Assembly (NCBI GenBank): GCA_963769935.1 | Contig: CAVYNY010000032.1 | Span: forward strand, 32,001-96,000 | Reading direction: 5' to 3' | Origin: an uncultured delta proteobacterium | GTDB taxonomy: Bacteria; Desulfobacterota; Desulfobacteria; Desulfobacterales; JAFDCJ01 | Length of the DNA stretch: 64,000 nucleotides | Shown: positions 60,521-64,000 of the stretch, in pieces | Position numbering within the stretch: the stretch's first letter is position 1 | Layout: every line of letters starts with the position of its first letter | The notes under the pieces: generated by a model | Databases searched by the model: none | What the model saw: the letters and a program-made list of their open reading frames with translations, nothing else | Told to the model about the DNA's origin: nothing | Made by a program: the position numbers and the translations under genes

Positions 60521-60958
60521 ATGAAATCTTCATTCACAAAGATTCAGTGGGTCGCGACCGGCGCCGCGCTGCTGGCGGCCGGTGCCGTGTTGGCCGCAGC
60601 GACGTCCGGCGCCAACGGCCATGAAGTTGGCGTAGAGGTGAAGCCGGTACGCGTGGAGAAGCTTTCCAACGTGCCCGGCAAGACCCTCACGGTCGTCACC
60701 GTGAACTATGCACCGGGCGGCAAATCAGGCGCGCATCACCACGCCGGCAGCGTCTTCGCCTATGTGCTCTCGGGGGCGATCAGATCCGAGAACTCCGCCA
60801 CCGGACCGGCTAAGGTTTACAAGGCCGGCGAAAGCTTCTTCGAGCCGCCCGGCAGCGAGCATCTGGTCAGCGAGAACGCGAGCGCAGCGGAGCCGGCCAG
60901 CATGCTCGCTGTCTTTATCGCCGATGATGGTGCACAGCTGACGGTTTTCGACAAGTAA
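60521..60958 (+). CDS. Secreted cupin domain protein
   Basis: Signal peptide; YAPGG.S..HHHAGSVFAYVLSG.I, GESFFEPPG..H. Confidence 0.9.
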   Translation: MKSSFTKIQWVATGAALLAAGAVLAAATSGANGHEVGVEVKPVRVEKLSNVPGKTLTVVTVNYAPGGKSGAHHHAGSVFAYVLSGAIRSENSATGPAKVYKAGESFFEPPGSEHLVSENASAAEPASMLAVFIADDGAQLTVFDK

Positions 60959-60980
60959 ACCTTAATATTGAGACAATGCC

Positions 60981-62660
60981 ATGACCAATACAACTGAACC
61001 TCTTAAACTGACCCTCGCTTCGCCGGCGGACCAGATGTTCCCCAAGCTGACGCCGGCGCAGGTCGCCCGCGCCACGGTCCACGGGCGCGTGCGTCCTATC
61101 CGGCGCGGAGAGGTGCTCATAGAGTCCGGGGACCAGGTCGTACCGTTTTTTATCGTCACCGCAGGTCAAATCGAAATCGTGCAGCCCTCCGGTACCGGCC
61201 AGACACTGATCACGGTCCATGGACCCGGCGGATTCACCGGCGAGATCAATATGATGACCGGTCGCCGGTCAATCGTCCGGGCGCGCGTCATAGAGTCCGG
61301 TGAAGTGGTCCAGCTGGATCGCGAACACATACTGGCGCTCGTTCAGACCGACGCCGAGCTCGGCGAGATCATCATGCGGGCCTTCATCTTTCGCCGGGTG
61401 GAGTTGATCGCCCATGGACTGGGCGATGCTGTGCTTATTGGTTCGAGCCATTGCGCCGGAACACTCCGGGTGAAGGAATTCCTGACCCGCAACAGCCATC
61501 CCTACTCCTTCATCGACCTCGACCGCGAGGCCGATATTCAGGCAATGCTCGACCAGTTTCACGTCTCCGCCGGAGATATACCGGTACTGATCAGCCGCGG
61601 CGAGGTGGTGCTGCGCAACCCCACCGATCAGCAGATCGCCGACTGCCTCGGCTTCAACGAAGCCATCGACCAGACCGAGGTGCACGATTTGATCATTGTC
61701 GGCGCCGGACCGTCGGGGCTGGCGGCAGCCGTGTACGGCGCATCAGAAGGGCTCGATGTCCTGGTGTTGGAGTCGCATGCGCCGGGAGGGCAGGCGGGTT
61801 CGAGTTCGAAGATCGAAAATTATCTCGGCTTTCCGATGGGCGTCTCAGGCCAGGAGCTCGCGGCGCGGGCCTACACGCAGGCGCAGAAATTCGGGGCGCA
61901 TCTGCTGGTCGCCAAGAGCGCCACCGGGCTCGCATGCGACCGGAAACCTTACGCTATCGATATCGGCACCGGCACGCGGGTTTTGGGGCGCACCGTCATT
62001 ATTGCAACCGGTGCCGCGTATCGGAAGCCGGCGATTGAGAATCGGGCAGGATTTGAAGGCGCCGGTGTTTACTACGGCGCGACCTTCATGGAAGCGCAGT
62101 TGTGCGTTAATGAGGAGGTCATCGTGGTCGGCGGCGGAAACTCAGCCGGTCAGGCTGCCGTCTTCCTCGCGCAGACCGTCAAACGGGTCCACCTGCTCGT
62201 CCGGTCCGGCGGACTGGCCAAGAGCATGTCGCGCTATTTAATTCGGCGCATCGAAGAAAGCCCCCTGATCGACTTGCGAACGCACACGGAGCTGGCGGCC
62301 TTTGAGGGCAATCACCATCTGGAACGTGTGTCCTGGCGGCACAATCTCTCCGGAAGCGTTGAGAACCGCGACATCCGGCATGTTTTTTTCATGGCCGGCG
62401 CCGATCCCAGCACCGGCTGGCTGGATGGCCGGGTGGTACGCGACCCGAAAGGGTTCATCAAGACGGGCTCCGCTATATCCCGGGACGAGCTGATCACAGC
62501 GCATTGGCCGCTCGGCCGCACTCCCTATCTCCTCGAAACGAGCTTGCCGGGCATATTTGCAGTCGGCGACGTGCGGTCCGGCAGCATCAAACGGGTGGCA
62601 TCGGCGGTCGGGGAAGGTTCGATTGCGATTGCCTTCGTGCATCAAGCAATGAGCCAATGA
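60981..62660 (+). CDS. cNMP-binding domain + thioredoxin-reductase-like FAD oxidoreductase
   Basis: N-terminal cNMP domain (FTGE); VGAGPSGL, GGQAGSSSKIENYLGFP, VGGGNSAGQAA, GDVRSGS.KRVASAVGEG. Confidence 0.9.
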   Translation: MTNTTEPLKLTLASPADQMFPKLTPAQVARATVHGRVRPIRRGEVLIESGDQVVPFFIVTAGQIEIVQPSGTGQTLITVHGPGGFTGEINMMTGRRSIVRARVIESGEVVQLDREHILALVQTDAELGEIIMRAFIFRRVELIAHGLGDAVLIGSSHCAGTLRVKEFLTRNSHPYSFIDLDREADIQAMLDQFHVSAGDIPVLISRGEVVLRNPTDQQIADCLGFNEAIDQTEVHDLIIVGAGPSGLAAAVYGASEGLDVLVLESHAPGGQAGSSSKIENYLGFPMGVSGQELAARAYTQAQKFGAHLLVAKSATGLACDRKPYAIDIGTGTRVLGRTVIIATGAAYRKPAIENRAGFEGAGVYYGATFMEAQLCVNEEVIVVGGGNSAGQAAVFLAQTVKRVHLLVRSGGLAKSMSRYLIRRIEESPLIDLRTHTELAAFEGNHHLERVSWRHNLSGSVENRDIRHVFFMAGADPSTGWLDGRVVRDPKGFIKTGSAISRDELITAHWPLGRTPYLLETSLPGIFAVGDVRSGSIKRVASAVGEGSIAIAFVHQAMSQ

Positions 62661-62675
62661 AAGGAGCCCTGATGA

Positions 62676-63640
62676 CTAATCGTAAAGATGGCAACTGACC
62701 AGATGGGGGGTGCCGGACTCTTCAAACCGATGCTGCTCGGGTTTCATCGTTTTGCATTGCGGCATGACTTCCGGACAGCGCGTGTGAAAGCGGCAGCCTT
62801 GCGGCGGATTCTCGGGATTGGGGATATCGCCCTGCAGGACGATGCGGGGGCTGCCCGTCGGGTGGGGTCTGCTATGGGGATGGCGGACATAAGCGCTTGG
62901 GTGTAAGGGTGTTTGGGCGCGGCAAAAAGCGTCTCGCCGGCCGCCATTTCCACGATTTCGCCCAGATACATGACCGTGATGGTATCACAGATATGCTCCA
63001 CCACGGCCAGGTCATGCGATATAAATATATAAGACAAATCCAACTTTTTACGCAGATCCACCAGCAGGTTTAACACCTGTGATTGTATGGACACATCCAG
63101 GGCCGAAACAGGTTCGTCGGCGATCACCAGTTTGGGCTCCAATGAAATGGCACGGGCGATGCCGATACGCTGGCGCTGGCCGCCGGAAAATTCATGGGGA
63201 TAGCGATCCGCCGCATCCGGTTCCAGTCCGACCATGTTGAGCAGCTCGGCCACTCTAGCTCGGCGGGCGGCTTTATTGCCGATGCGATGAACTACCAGCG
63301 GTTCGGCGATAATGTTGCCAATTTTCTGGCGGGAATCGAGCGACGCATAGGCATCCTGAAATACAATTTGCATCTGCCTGCGCTTGGCCCGCAGTTGGCG
63401 GGCGGTCAGTTTGCCCAGATCCGCGCCGTCCAGGAAGATATTGCCCGCGGTCGGCTCGATCAGCCTGAGAAGAACCCGGGCCAGCGTGGATTTGCCGCAG
63501 CCTGATTCACCGACCACCCCCAGGGTCTCGCCCTGGCGGAGGCTGAAGCTGACATCGTCTACGGCATGCACTTCGCCGCGGCCGCCTTTCAGCGGAAAGT
63601 ATTTGGTGAGATGCTGCGCTCGCAGCAGTTCAGCTTTCAT
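62676..63640 (-). CDS. Oligopeptide/dipeptide ABC ATPase (OppF-like), 1-nt frameshift near 62848
   Basis: [28 protein letters not shown]. The true tail [23 protein letters not shown]...SCHLYD* is in the adjacent frame after a 5-nt homopolymer. Confidence 0.85.
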
Positions 63641-64000
63641 ATGGATTCCAGCAGGCCAGGCGATTCTCGGTTCCCTGGCCTTCAAGCGGAGGAATGTTGC
63701 GCCAGCATATATCCATGACGCGTTCGCAGCGCTGCGCAAAGTAGCATCCCTCGGGACGTTCACCGATGCCGGGAACCATGCCCGGTATCGTCGGCAAGTG
63801 GGTCCGCTTTTTCCCGATCTGCGGCACGGACGCCAGCAACCCGCGGGTGTAAGGATGACGCGGCTTGCTGAAAATTTGCCCCACCGGCGCTTTTTCGGCA
63901 ATCATGCCGGCATACATCACGACGACATGATCGCAGAATTCGGCCACAACCCCCAGGTCGTGGGTGATCATCAAAATAGACATTTCGAGCTCTTTTTGCA
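63630..64000 (-). CDS. Oligopeptide/dipeptide ABC ATPase (OppD-like), 3' part only
   Basis: [29 protein letters not shown]. Confidence 0.88.
   Translation of the reverse strand, partial: QKELEMSILMITHDLGVVAEFCDHVVVMYAGMIAEKAPVGQIFSKPRHPYTRGLLASVPQIGKKRTHLPTIPGMVPGIGERPEGCYFAQRCERVMDICWRNIPPLEGQGTENRLACWNPYES

Noticed and set aside
62840..62855. Programmed frameshift or true pseudogene in oppF
   Set aside because: A single-base loss at a homopolymer in an error-prone assembly is more simply a sequencing error.

Overview
Bacterial chromosomal window. Gene content and intergenic repeat families suggest a Desulfobacterales-like sulfate reducer or syntroph (inference). The sequence looks like an imperfect consensus, with many frameshifts at 3.5-9.2 kb and a C-depleted corrupted stretch at about 4.3-5.7 kb. 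Contents in order: an ODP/FprA-like MBL gene; an MtrA-like corrinoid domain plus DUF4346 gene split by an in-frame TGA with a SECIS-like hairpin (candidate new selenoprotein); a damaged RND efflux operon; a DHH-like/CPBP fusion; a dienelactone hydrolase-DUF6295-cystathionine gamma-lyase operon; amn; CoxD/CoxE-like genes; an ORP-like NifX/MinD-FeS/NifU operon with a palindromic operator; a LacI-regulated catabolic cluster (HisD/HpsN-like dehydrogenase, SDR, two 3-hydroxyacyl-CoA-dehydrogenase-like enzymes, BKACE, ADP-forming ligase, Liv-type ABC transporter); an HdrA-like/HdrA-MvhD/HdrD cluster whose HdrD-like gene also has an in-frame TGA plus SECIS; an eroding accessory redox/hydrolase block at 54-62.7 kb; and two Opp ATPases. 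Non-coding features include two copies of a 156-bp MITE with TWA target duplications, several REP/STRR-like repeat families and a duplicated leader. No rRNA, tRNA, CRISPR array or transposase was seen. All family assignments come from motif recognition by eye, not from database searches.
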